64,000 nt of DNA, from the NCBI GenBank assembly GCA_030141605.1, contig JAQGDQ010000601.1, positions 62,001 through 126,000 on the forward strand, read 5' to 3'. The notes beneath the pieces are model-generated. The model was not told the DNA's origin. It was given only the letters and a program-made list of their open reading frames with translations, and ran no database searches. A program made the position numbers and the translations under genes. Each line of letters opens with the position of its first letter. Position 1 is the first letter of the stretch. Shown here piece after piece: positions 10,701 to 24,400 of this stretch. This DNA comes from Tubiluchus corallicola (Eukaryota; Animalia; Priapulida).

Positions 10701-13700
10701 CAATAAAATGAAATCTTGTGCACACTTCTGAAACACATCTTCATTTCAGAGAGACAAAATTGCTTGCAAGTAAACTTAGTCAACAACATTTTAATACGGA
10801 ATCTTTTAGTAATTTCTGTATGAGAATACAACAATGTGATGTTATTTATCACTGCAACAGTGAGGTGATGATATCACAAAATTTAAATCAATAAAATGAT
10901 GATTTGACGGCATCAGTGGTGCTTGTTCTTATCAGAAAATAAACTTTATCTTCTTAAAATGAAAACAGACAGTTCAGTCTATAGTGCAGTAATGCATAAT
11001 GAAATATTTAATGTTGTCAAATTTGTGCAAAATACTTAAAGTATTATACTTAGGTACATTCAAGACATTCCAGCATCTTTAGGATGGCTAGTATAGTAAT
11101 TACAGGTGACAGTAATTACAATAATAACAAATGCAGAAATAATGTGCTCTCTCAGCTTTTTGATTTACGAAGACCAACATGATATCAAATATACTCTTGC
11201 CATATACTTAACACACTATCAGACGGTATTACTAATTAATCCTCCTAATTAACATGGATTAATGACTAATAAAAAAAACTTATGCAAGATAAAGTTTTTT
11301 GCTTAAGTTACCAAATGGAAAGAATAATCTGCACAGTGTTTGAAATAACCACGCCTTCTTATTCAGCTGCAGTACCGCATCCAGGCAGTTAACAAGGTGG
11401 TACACCGAAGCAGGAACTCCAGAAAGAGTTAAGGACGGGATGCGAGCGCTCAATAGACACAACGTCAACTCATTAGCCAAATAAGAGACTATCTATAAAA
11501 ACATGCAAATTACATTTACCTGACACTTAAGTTGCCAGATGTAGTTAAAATACATAATAATCATATTAAATGAAGTCTTAATAATTTTTCCATTTATACA
11601 GCAATCAGATCAGTGGCGGCTCGTGTATAGGCATTGTGGAACTGCAGTACACCTTATTATCACTCAATATTATTGATAACATTCAATATAATAAGTCTTT
11701 TTAATTTAGTTCTTTCTTTATACTTGTACCGAACCACAGCATGTGGGGGTAGTTCTGTTTGCTTTACAGCCCAGCACAATGGTGTGTTTGGCTGTTGTGG
11801 GCATGGGGCCATGTGCACATGTTTGAGATAACATGCTGTACTCTGCACTGCTAAAGTCTGCTGCTAGGTAGAGAAAGTACTGTTGCTCACACAGTTTGTT
11901 GTCAGTTGTCACATGCTTAAAAACTGTATACTCTTGAACTGGCATATTCTTGTACTGCGGCAATTTAGGCTATTCGTAAGCAAAAAATTTTTTGGTTTAG
12001 GACTTTACCAAGTTGATGCATAAATTTTCATACATTTGTTTGTTTAAAATTACAACATTAAAATTGCATATGTTTGTTTTGTTTCACACCTTATTAAAAC
12101 AATGGCTAAAAATTTTCTTAAGCAGCACCCCACTAATTTTAATTATGAACCGCCACTGAATCACATGCTCACAAATGGCAAATGATAAAAAAAAATTACA
12201 TACGAGCAGTGAATGTTTCTACAGTTCCAGTACTCTTTATTAAACATAAATTAAATTTCTTATTCCTCCAATAAAGCATAAAAGACAAATTTCATGATTT
12301 AATTAAAGAATTGACCGAATTTTTAAGGGAATACAACAACTGTGGTACGACGAACCAACACTGCAATGCTCATAGAGATAATTTTCAAGCAAGTAGGATT
12401 AGTAGCATAGCTAGCAGCAACTTTTCAGAGAGCGGCACTTCTATCAAGTGAGCCGAAAAAGTTGATTCTCTCAAAACAGTAAAAATGCCTTTAATTGCCA
12501 CCCGACACAATATAATTTTGTACAAAAACGATGCTTACAGCACCTTCTGCCAAAAGCGTGCGAACGAGGAACCTGATAATTAATAAATTTAATATTTTTT
12601 ACAATGTTTACATAGTTTTCGTTGTTTTCAGAATTTCTGTACAGTACATGTCTTGATTTAACTGTGAAATACATTTGTAATTGCACTCTTTACTGTATGA
12701 ACATTTGAAGAAGGCTCTGAGTGGGCCTATCTTAGTTTTGCGTGGAAAATTAAATTTATTTCTTTGCGAGCAATTTCAGTAGTATTTTATCAAATTACAA
12801 CAACATTTTTCACAACTGCCGTAAAACCCCATCCAAGGATGTTGCAACGTTGCATTTCTTAAAGAGGATGGCAAACTCAAGTGCCGCGCCGAGCACCACA
12901 AGTTCTAGCTAAGGCCACTGAGTAGGTTACAGTACAAACAGCATTTAAGCAGTTTAGAGTAACATGAATGTCATCATATAACTGGGTGAGAGTAGCAAAT
13001 AAACCTTACAATTGAGTTTTGTTCAAAATTGTTCTGTTGTTGTTGTCAAGTATTTAACTAATGACCTATAGATCAACAATTAAATTCTATCTTTCAAAAA
13101 ATCCTTTATGTGGTTTCTAATGCATTTATACAAATAAAACCTAATGGTTACCATTTTGTCTGAAGCATTTTGAGGAAGATTTCGACTAGCTTTCAGGGTT
13201 TTGTACAACTGCTCAGCAGGATGTGTTGCCATGGTTACTGGTAAACATGTGCCCCATATGTGGTCAATGTATCTTAGAAGTGGCATATTATCGATCACGA
13301 ATGGCTCCCAAAGTAACTTGTTTGACAGTAGCAAATCTCTGCACATTTCAAGATTATCTACACAAAAAAGCAAAGTAGGCAGTAATTCAACAAGTGCACC
13401 TCTTACTTACAAAAGGAAATCTGTAAAGGTACGTATTTTCTAATGTAAGTAATGGATGTTATGAATTTTTACGTAAGCAATGGATGAGAATAAAAAAAAA
13501 TGGCAGCAAAACTGATTTAACCTCACCTTTATGAATCGCCACATCAGGAAGAAAATCTAGACATTCTAGCTTGCGAAGAAATTCATTGGGAAGACAGTTC
13601 AGCTTTACCAAACACTTTGCTAATATTTCCTCCACGACAACAGAAAGTTGGTAGACCTAAAAGCAAACAAACAAATGACAATGTTATCTATAGACTTCTA

Positions 13701-15439
13701 CTTAACAACTTATAGTGCAGTGAAGTCAAGTTATAGTTCGGCAATGCAAATGCGTACAATGACTAAAAATGAAATGAATGAAAATCAATGAACAGTGCAT
13801 GTAACTGTGTTACAACGAAGGCTTTAATTATCATTAGAATATCATTATCGCTAATAATGCCTCTTAAGGCGCTCCATGACACAGCTATTTCGAACTACCT
13901 ATCAAACATCGTGTTGTAGTTTTTCTGGAACTGTCCAAATTTACTTTGATGGAACAATTCCGTGAGTAATGTGGGAATCGAGAAAAAAGTAGTGTAGTTG
14001 TATTTTACTGTATTGTATATAAATTTGTATTATTATGTTGCCTGTAACTTGTCTTCCATCATCAATAAACTATTATTACTGCTCATAATTTTCACTAATA
14101 AAATTGGTCGTCCAACCTTCAGATTTTCCTGAGTTTCTGTAATACTGATAACTTCAGGAAATTTCCCAGCTTGTCGACACTCTGCTATGTACCGCAAAGC
14201 ATACAGCGTTGACTTCTCCATCTCCCCTGCTCTCCACAAGATATGTGCTGCCACCTTCAGTGAGGTTGCATCAACTCTTTTGGTCAATGCCGCTGCAGCT
14301 TCAGCTGGTTTGTGCAGGGCAAGAAAACTAAAATTAAAAAAATAGTACAACTTTAACTCTGAGACAGATAGATAGAGAAGATAATTTTGCAGCAAAATTA
14401 TTACTAAACTTTCGAAATAATGCGAACATTTGCCAGTATCTTATTCACTCTAATGCAAAATACACAAATGGTTTTGTTAAACTGCACAATTTGAAACTGC
14501 AGGATTATTTACTGACACAATAAACGAATGTCTTACCATCTTATTCCGAAATTTATTTACATTTACAACTATTGGGATTCACAAATTAAGAAAAATTAAA
14601 TTTATATATATAAATTTAATTTTTCTTAATTTGTGAATATATATATATATATATAAATATAAAACTTACACTTTGCATTTGCAATATAAATTATAAATAA
14701 GTAAATTACATGGTTGTCAAGGGTATCAAAAACGTCTAGTCTTATTTTCAGGTCGCACCTTTCACACAATAGATAAAAAACAGTGTGGAAATGGATTACT
14801 ATACTTTTCTAAAACTAAGAAGAATTCTTTTTTACTACCTGGCTGCAACACAGAACCCCATAGCCCAGTTGACATCAGCAAAGTTAACCAATTAAACTCA
14901 AACCAAAGCTAAGTGCAACAACCAATAGAATATTACCATTTAGCCGCTAATTCGTAGTTACCATCTTTGCTTAACTGATCAGCCCAGCCAGCATAAGCAG
15001 TCTCTAACAGAGGATCATAAGGGGAAAGTCGGATTTTTGCCAACACGGCTGCTTCCCTATAAGTAGTAAGGTCACACATTCAAAGTAAGGCCAGGAAAAG
15101 TATTCATATTACAATAAAGTCTCTTAATAAAATTTGAAAACTATAAAAGCCATGTTCTAAGATACCACATGGTGTACCCCATTTGCTTGAAAAAAATACT
15201 TATTTTTAAATTTAAATTTTTAATGTTTAAAACTTAGCGACAATATGGATGCACCCATACACTGGTTAGTAAGCAAAAAAGTAGCAAGCAAGCAGTAACC
15301 ATTGTTGCAATGAACAATAGTTTGTTTGTTACAAAAATTATTCAAAGGGAATACTGATTTTGAAATTTGTCTTTTAGCCTTCAGGGCATCAGCACTAATA
15401 CAATCCAAGAGAATACTGCACACACACACACACGCACGC

Positions 15440-15471
<32 letters not shown>

Positions 15472-18400
15472 GCACGCACACACGCACGCACACACACACA
15501 CACACACACACAGCAAACAAAAAAAACTAAACGACAAGGAAAAAAATGGGTTATGACCCAGAGATATCCGTATGGATGTCACGGAGTTCGAAGCTAAACT
15601 ACAATCACTAAGACAATGATTCCTAATGACCAAGCGACATCCGTACGATCCGTACAACACAGGGATATCGTAAGCATCATTTGCTAGTTAACGTCACGGA
15701 GTTCGAAGATAAACTACGACCATTCCCTACCTAAGACAATGACTTCTTACGACCCGGAGATATCCGTATGATCTGGCGTATGACACGGGGATATTGTAAG
15801 CATCATTTGCTCGTTAACATCATGGAGTTTGAAATTAAACTACAATCATTCCCTACCTAAGACAGTAATTCCTAACGACCCGAGGATATCCGTACGATCT
15901 GGCGTGTGACATGGGGATATCATAAGCATCACTTGCTCGTTAACATCACGGAGTTCGAGACTAAACTATGACCATTCCCTACTTGAGACTGATTCTTAAC
16001 ATCAAAGCCCACCCATATTCTGTATCCAAGCAAAACTCCACTGTCAGTCCACACTAAATTCACTTTTTGTGAATCCTACTAGTTATCCGATTACTGCGAC
16101 ATCTCGCTTGTGTTTCCCTTTAAACAAATTTACGCTGCTCCATATAAATTCCACAACTTAAAAATTAATTTAAATTTGTACAAAATATACGTACTTGAAA
16201 AACCCATTGTTCAATAGCATATGTAAAGCCTCTTGGACTCGGTGACAAGCTAGCAGATACAATAAAGCTTTGTGATGTTGCTCCATAGTAATCAGCTGTT
16301 CTGCATAGGTTCTACAGACGCTCTCAAATACCTCGGACGACCCGTGTGGAATGAGAGAAACCAAGTAATCACTGAAAAAGCCTGTCTCAGATGCGATCTT
16401 CAGGGCACCACCAATGTTGCCTTTCCAGATCTCTAACCAGAGGAGATAATCAATGTTACCAGAAGCTTTATGGTGTTCACCTGGTGGTAATAACAAAAAC
16501 TATTTTAAGAAACAATATGACCTAATATTAGCAGAATGTACAATCAAATACACAGCTAAAAATTTAGGTACCGATACAGGCAGTTTAAATTAGTACTTTT
16601 CTGAATTGTAAAGTGTGTCAATTACACTGGCACCTAGATACTTGTAGAAATTTGTAACGACTCAAGTAGAAACATGCATGGCAAAATACATAAAGTAAAA
16701 AAGTCTTATAAAATAATTTTAAAAGATCTATAAGTGATTCACTCTTTACTACTATTTATACCAGTGTTTTCATCTAACTTAAAATATTTTTAATGCAAGA
16801 CAATCGACCGCTACAAATTACGTAGTTGCAGCAAGCGCATTGTCATACAATGCATGTAAGACAACCAGTGTATTTTATAGAACTTAGCAGATCTTTGCCG
16901 TCTACATCTGTCAAAGCAATATTCTGCTGTCTTGCAATCTAATACAGTGAAACTAATTTTAAATCGACAATTCCAACATCGAAAACCATACAGCTGAAAC
17001 ATATAGTTACATAATATTGATAGCACACTAATGTCTATCAGCAGAAATTTTCTGAAGATACTTTCTATAAAAAAGTAGAATAAATAAAAGAAGTCTGATG
17101 TTCCTTGTTAATGAAAAAAGTTGTAAGAATAGCACAAAAATTCATGAATACATACTATAGATGCATAGCACCATAAGGGCTCTTTTATCTTCAATAACAA
17201 TGTGAAATCTAGTAGTTCACCACGAATTACCTTCCAGTTTCAGCAATCTAAACACTGCTCTACGATCAGTAAACATTCCAGTGTGAAGAACATCATTGCT
17301 GTCATCAATCGCTTCGTTTTCTTTATTGCCTGCATTATGAAATCACAAGCAATAAGAAATGTGTAACAACTTACTACACATTTGGATACATATTTTGGAT
17401 ACACATTTGGATACATGGCAGATATTTTGAGAAAATAAAAACAAAAAACTGAAAAGGTTTCTGTCATGAATAACGGCTTACATGATTGCAAAAGTTAGAA
17501 AAAGTCCATTAGTGGCAAACCTTGTTAAAATAATGATATACCAGATCAGCCTCCTGACCAAGCTGATTTTGTTAGTATTTATAAAAAGACGGAATAAGCA
17601 GTAAAAAAGAAAGCACGGCTCTTGTTAATAAAACGGATGTATTTCAGCAATGTATAATTTAGTGTATAATAAGCAGCATTACATTTAAGGTTCATAAAAA
17701 GAAAAGCTGAAACTTAACTGATTTCATTACAACAATCTAGTACATCAAAATTTCAGTCATCCAGATCTTATTAATCTGGGAAACTGTACTCCAGCTAATT
17801 CAAGCAAAAATTTAATTGAGACCACAAACAATTAATGGAACACGGACAGGTATCTGAGTGACTGGAATCCCTACCTGATAATCGCCTACAACATGCTGAA
17901 CTTATGCTAGGATAAAACATGAATTTATTGCATTCATTTATTTGTTTTATTAGTAGATACTTGTCTCTGCATTTACTTATCAATTAACTTTCAACAACAT
18001 TAGCTGATCAATTTTTACTGAAAAATAATCAAAAGCAATTAATTAACTAGACTGGCACTGGAGTAGAGACCTCAGCCAAAGGCCGTACAATTCTAAATTG
18101 TCCGTCTGACTCTTTTCATGGAAAAATAAATGATAAACAGAGATAACCTGATGCCAGATCCATATCAAAATATAACGGGTTCTTACTTACTTTGTCCCCG
18201 AACTAAAATTTCCGGGAAACTGGCTAAGTAATTTTTACCTAATCCTGCTAGCTAACAGAAAACAAGTGGTGACGAAACCATAATCACCTTGGCAGAGGTG
18301 ACAAAGGATTCACAAAACAATAACTGAATTAGTCATGAGGTCACTGTCAGATATAAATAATTCCACTTTTACCATAAATGTAATCAGCCAGAGCAATGCA

Positions 18401-21400
18401 ATCGGCATAAGACTGAACCTTTCCTTGATTATCCCGTACATTAGAACAAGGAAACAGAGACTTGGCCTTCTTCTTCTTCCTTGCAAGAATGCCCACTCGG
18501 CTGTGAGGAGCACTTACTTCGTCAACGTCTAACGTTGACATTAAATTTCTGAGAATATGTGAAGTTGTCATGGTCATTCCTGTCTGATCACCTGGAAAGA
18601 AAGAAAAAAAGAATATGGCTTTTGCATTGCTTTTCTAGGAAAAGTAGGAACAGTTAATATGTATCAATTTCATACATACTAAAAATGAAAAATCTCTTCA
18701 AGTAATTTCTAAGTGCTTATGCAAGTACTGATTTAAAATAGACATTTAACAAATGCGAGCTTGCAAACCAAAATCATCCATAAGTCAGGAAAGTTAAAAC
18801 TACGTTATGATGCTTCAAAGTAGAATGTACCAAAAATCTGGTCGAATGTCAATTTGTTTTTTTTTATAAAAATAAACGCTAAATTTCTTGGACTTTAATA
18901 TTCTAGAACCAAATTGTCAGGAAAATGTTTAAAAATACAAAACATCTAATTTTACAACCCCATACTCACTTTTCTGTCTAGAAACTAGTACTGCAATTAA
19001 GAAAAATTTGCATTTTCAAACTCGGCGGTAGCTCATGGAAGCAATCATTTTGCTTCTGGTTTTTTCTGTTGTCAAGCCCAGATCTTCGTCAGAAAGAACC
19101 AGCTACTGTATTTAAACAGCAACCAAAATTTGTGTGGTTGATAAGTGTTTCTTAGAAACGTGACAAAAAACAATGGCAAACTGTAACAGCAAATTTCTCA
19201 ATGTTACGTCTTTCAGTGTGTAGCATGCACTGATCTTCACGAAATGCAGCTTCAGGATATGTGAATAACTAGAAAAGCTTAATTGCCCACATATGGGCAA
19301 TTTTGGTATGCAAGTACACATTTAACAATTTTTAAAATTGTACAGAAGACAAGCTAAATGAAATCATTGAGAGATAAGTGTATGGCCAAGTTTCCATTTT
19401 CCACCAACATTGTATTAGGTCTGTGTATAACAAACTACCACCATTAGTTTCTTGAAATGATAACTTCTACAGCTTGAAAAACATGACGAGTAAATGTTGA
19501 TTCTTTTACATCACAATTAATGATTAGTTGTATTCAATCTTTCAGATTCAATTTTAAAATTACTGGTTTAGTGCAATAATCACTATTTTATATTACTAAA
19601 CATTAGGGGTATATATAATTATTCAGTTTATGTTTAGTACAAATGAGTGTAAAATCTCTTGTGAATAGATCATTGACAAGACTGAAACGTATGTGGCCTG
19701 GCTACCATAATATTAATTATACATATTAAAGGAAAAGATGCCAAATTTTAAATTCATATTTCTGACAATTGATTAGCTTCAAGCCAACACCATCCTATAT
19801 AATTCTGTATAACACAACATGACTAAACTCGTAAGTGAAGCAGAATGCAGTTGAATTATACTGTACAAATATCCACGCAAAGAGTACATAAAAGACAAAA
19901 CAATTGTTGTAACATTTAAAAAAGCACGGAAATCCAAATCAAACTGACATTTGATTACTTTATCTATTCCAAACGAAATTTTGCACTCCAAATATAAGAT
20001 TGCATCAAAATACCTGCTGCAGTATTTACATGTTCATTAGGTTTAACGAACTCATCTTGCTTCTGTTCAGTCACCTGAATGTCTCCAGTGGCAAACAGAA
20101 CGTTATCCTCTTCATTCACAGCAGGTGGCGTGTCTTCTTTGTGAACCCCCTTACGTTTTGGCTTGCGCCTTTTCGGTTTTTCTGAAGGCCAACAACAAGT
20201 AGAGAATTCTAGTGTATATACATTTACTGTATGTAAGATGAATATACAAAACGCAAACATGGGGCTTTCAGTTTTGCATCTGTTGGTAAGTATTATCTTT
20301 TAAAAAGCAGACAGGACTTCAGAACTCACACAATTACATTGGTATTATAATTTTAAGTAGATTCTTCTACAGAGTTAACTATTTTGACAAAATGCTGCAT
20401 AGTCTATGTACAACTTTACAGAAAAACAAGAAATAGAAAACTGCAAAAATAGTAAGCTAACTACAATGTTATAAAAAAATCAGGCAATTTTACACTGAAC
20501 TCAGGTACTGCAAAATAATTACAGTAAGTGTTTGTTTAATTTTAAACCAGCAGCTACCTGTAGGTGGCAGAGTAAACTGTTGTTCATTTATCTGCCATGA
20601 TTGCAAGCTAAAGTCTTCTCCACCACTGTAAACCAGATCTTTAACAGTTGGACTCCATGCGACACAGAGCAGTTTGTCAGTGTGACCTCGATAATTAGCT
20701 ATAGGCACCCCAGTAATTGCATTCCACACCTAAAAGTAAAAATTAAATATATGTATTGTACAATACAGTCAAGATTCTGTACATTTGTTAAAGTTAAAAA
20801 GACAACTTTTCAGTCACAGCCTTACATTTGAGCATTTTAATATAATTTTCTGCTAACAGACAAAATCGGTTACAAAAATTTTATGCACTAACATATCACT
20901 TTTTGCAAGTACGAAGCACACACTGTTATTTAAATCAGTACAAACATTCAAGGTCACCTTATTTCATCAGAAAGTACAAAGTTCCCCTTGAATCAATGAG
21001 AGTCAGAACTTTCACAAGTCTATGTCCTTTAGTGAAACAAGTGTAAAAACGTTTCATCCTACTAATAGACATTTTTGCTCGCAACATATTCTATTCCAAG
21101 TAAGATGCTGAGAATCAAATTCAGGAGATAAAAGACTTTAGTAACAAAAAATCTCATTATTTAATAAAGCATAGATACTTAATACATACACACACGCACA
21201 CGCACACCCACACACACACACACACACTCACATACACAGACACACACACACACACACACACTCACATACACAGACACACACGCACACACACAGACACACA
21301 CACACACAGACACACATACTGAGATTTCAAAATTACAGCCAAAGTCTGCTTTGAGATATTAGACAAATAGAGAAAACTAATGGACAGTATATACAAAATT

Positions 21401-24400
21401 AAGGTAAACCATTCATTATGTTACCATTTTAATATTCACAAATTTCATACTTCTTTTTATGCTGTATAATTTACTTATACAGTGGTGACATATAAGCCTT
21501 AGTGCGTCATAATGATATTTTCTTTTTTATTACAGGTGAAATACTAGTCTGTTAAGGTTCAAATTTGAACACCTATTTAATACAGTTTTAGTTATTATTT
21601 GTATCTGTGTATTTAACAGGTGAGACCAAAATGAAGTTTACCTTTCTGTATATCTTTATCTAGCAAGATGTTGTTTTTCCTTAAAAGTTAAAACTACATT
21701 ATTGAAAATAATTTCTTCAAACTAAGAAACTATCACACTTTGATAGCATCTAAATTTTGAAAATTATGCATATATTATTCTCATCAATAAGTTTCATCCA
21801 TTTTGTCATTTTTGTGTTTTCTTTCTTTAAAGTATCTTTTTCGTGTTCATTCATGCCACTTATTAAATGAACACTGCATAACTTTTATTATAGTGTTGAC
21901 CTGATGTGTCTTCATGTGCTGATGATTTATAAATCTTGTATGTTACATATTGTTCTGTATGAACATGTACACATTGCCATTGTATATAATAAATCTAATC
22001 TAATCTAATCTAATCTAATCTAATCTAATCAAAACTTCAGAACTAGAAAAATGTTTACTACACTACTAACTTTTCGACTATTCAACTGCAACTACGTCCA
22101 GTACCTGAGCAGTGTGGTCAAATGATACGGAAGCTAGAAGTTCTTCGCACAGTGGACTCCAACTTAAAGAGGTTATTCTATTCTTGTGCCCCACTAGCTG
22201 AGTGTGGTTTTCGGTGACTAGTACTGGGCCTTCCACATGTGAACAGTTTTCCAAATTACCTATAAACAAAGAACATTACAAACAGAATATTATCATACAG
22301 CTGCAAAGATCCCTTAATTGATTAACTGATTAATAAACTGAAGAAAAAATAAAAGTCGCTGTAATTTCAAACAAATGCAAACAAAACTCACTTCTTTTTG
22401 GACTGCCATCAAAAACTTCCGTGGCCGGCAAAACATACAATAATTGGCTAAGAATAAGACAGCACTTCAATAATACAGAACTTAAAACTAAATTTCTTGT
22501 TGGCTTCTGTGCAGATCGATAAACTTTATCCATCTCCTTACACACACTTTGCAATAAACAGTGCTGTTTTTCTAGTAATGTTTACTTATACTGTTGTAAT
22601 AATAGCATCATAATACACAAATTAAGAAAAATTAAATTTATATATATATAAATAAAATTTTTCTTATATATATATATATATAAAAGGTATTATGCTGAAC
22701 ACATAATAGCATCATCGTCTGTACCAGCTACACATTGAACGCAACAAAAAAAGGAAAAACCTGCATTATCCAACATTTACGTGCAATACAATCCATGTAA
22801 GGTCTTACTATTTCTGAGACATTTTACATATGAAAATTGTGTAGAGGGCAGCATGGGTGAATTAGGTCTCATGAATCATACAGGGTTAATTTCATTAACA
22901 ACTTACCTAATACAGACGCCAGGTTGTAAACAATGACATCGTGTTCACAAGCCCCCGACGCCATGAAACAGGAATACTGTGACACGGCCATCGAGCACTG
23001 GGAAAATTCTGGATGCCAGGCGATGCAGTTGATCAGTTTCCGGTGACCTTGAACAGTGCACAGATGCTTCAAAGTGCAGGCTTGGTAGATATCAATGGAG
23101 CTGAAAAATAATGTAATGTAAACATTCGACAATGGGACATTAGCACGTGACAACAACAACGAATTAGAAAATTAGGATATTTTTCATTCTTCTGCTTCAA
23201 TTATTATGCTTATCAAATTAAATTATTAAACGTTAACATTTAGTTAATAAGACGCACGTCGTGCATTTACACCATACCACAAGCTACAAGTTTACAGCAG
23301 TGGTGCAGCAGGTCAGTATCGGGATACAATATGTGGCGGGATTTCACTTAGCTGAATGCAAGCTGGCTACCAAGATTTAGCTATTGATTCTTGGCGGATT
23401 TGAGCTGATGTGTAGCTAGACATACCTACAATGCATTGCAACATCAACCATTGCATAAGCTCATTACTAAACATGATATGCATCAGTATTTTTCTTAGCA
23501 CTTGCACAACTGTCGCAAGGCTTCTTTCTTTAACTCGTTCATTGCGCTGTAAGATGGAATCCACATACCCTATAGTACAGCCTACTCAATGTAGATGGTT
23601 ATGGTAAGATAGGAACCCAATCCCCTAAAAGGAAAAACTGAACTAAACCAGCAGTTCTCAGCCATGCATGGATGTATGTACAATCTTACAATCTCTTTCA
23701 ACAATCTGCAGCAGCTAAAGAGCAAACAGCTCATGTTGTCCATCTAAATGATTGACTTCAAATAAATTATATCTGATCTTTCCTTATTTTATCTTAACAA
23801 GATAAATTCCCACGGTTAGTATGGCACAGAAAATTGTCTAGAACAGGTTTTGAACCCAGCAGTCACCAGTCCAATCAATGACAAACGCGGTGTTACTTAA
23901 TTTCGGTTGCTAAGCATATATAGTACCTACTCGGCTATATATCTCTCTCCCAATGTTTTTAGTTATTTGAAACTTATTATAGCTTAGCACCTATGATAAA
24001 AAGTAAATCTTTCCAATGAACATCAATATACAACAGCAATATACTTTAAATTACATGTATTTATTATTACCGTTGCAACTTTGATAATAGTAATACAGTA
24101 GGCGCCGCTTAAAGGACTCAATCGCTTAACTGACTCAAAACCGCCTGGAAAGGGCCGCTTCTATTCAAATATACATAAATACTATCGGTAACTGACTCAC
24201 ATAACTCTGCATTATTAACTCAATATTTTTCCTTCACCTACTTAAAATAAGACTTTTGTATGTGCCCAAAGAGCCTTTTCTACATTTATGTCATCTTTAC
24301 TTCCCTTTTGTGCACTATATATACAGAAGCAATCATGTTAGCCACCATTTTTTTTGCAAGCAGGTACGTTTATCATGCGCTAATACACTAGCGTAGCGGC

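Noticed and set aside
15220-15660. ORFs with CV/HT repeats
   Set aside because: Translations of the (CA)n microsatellite
23840-23940. tRNA-like A/B boxes on the minus strand
   Set aside because: No cloverleaf can be folded; at most a decayed tRNA-derived SINE head
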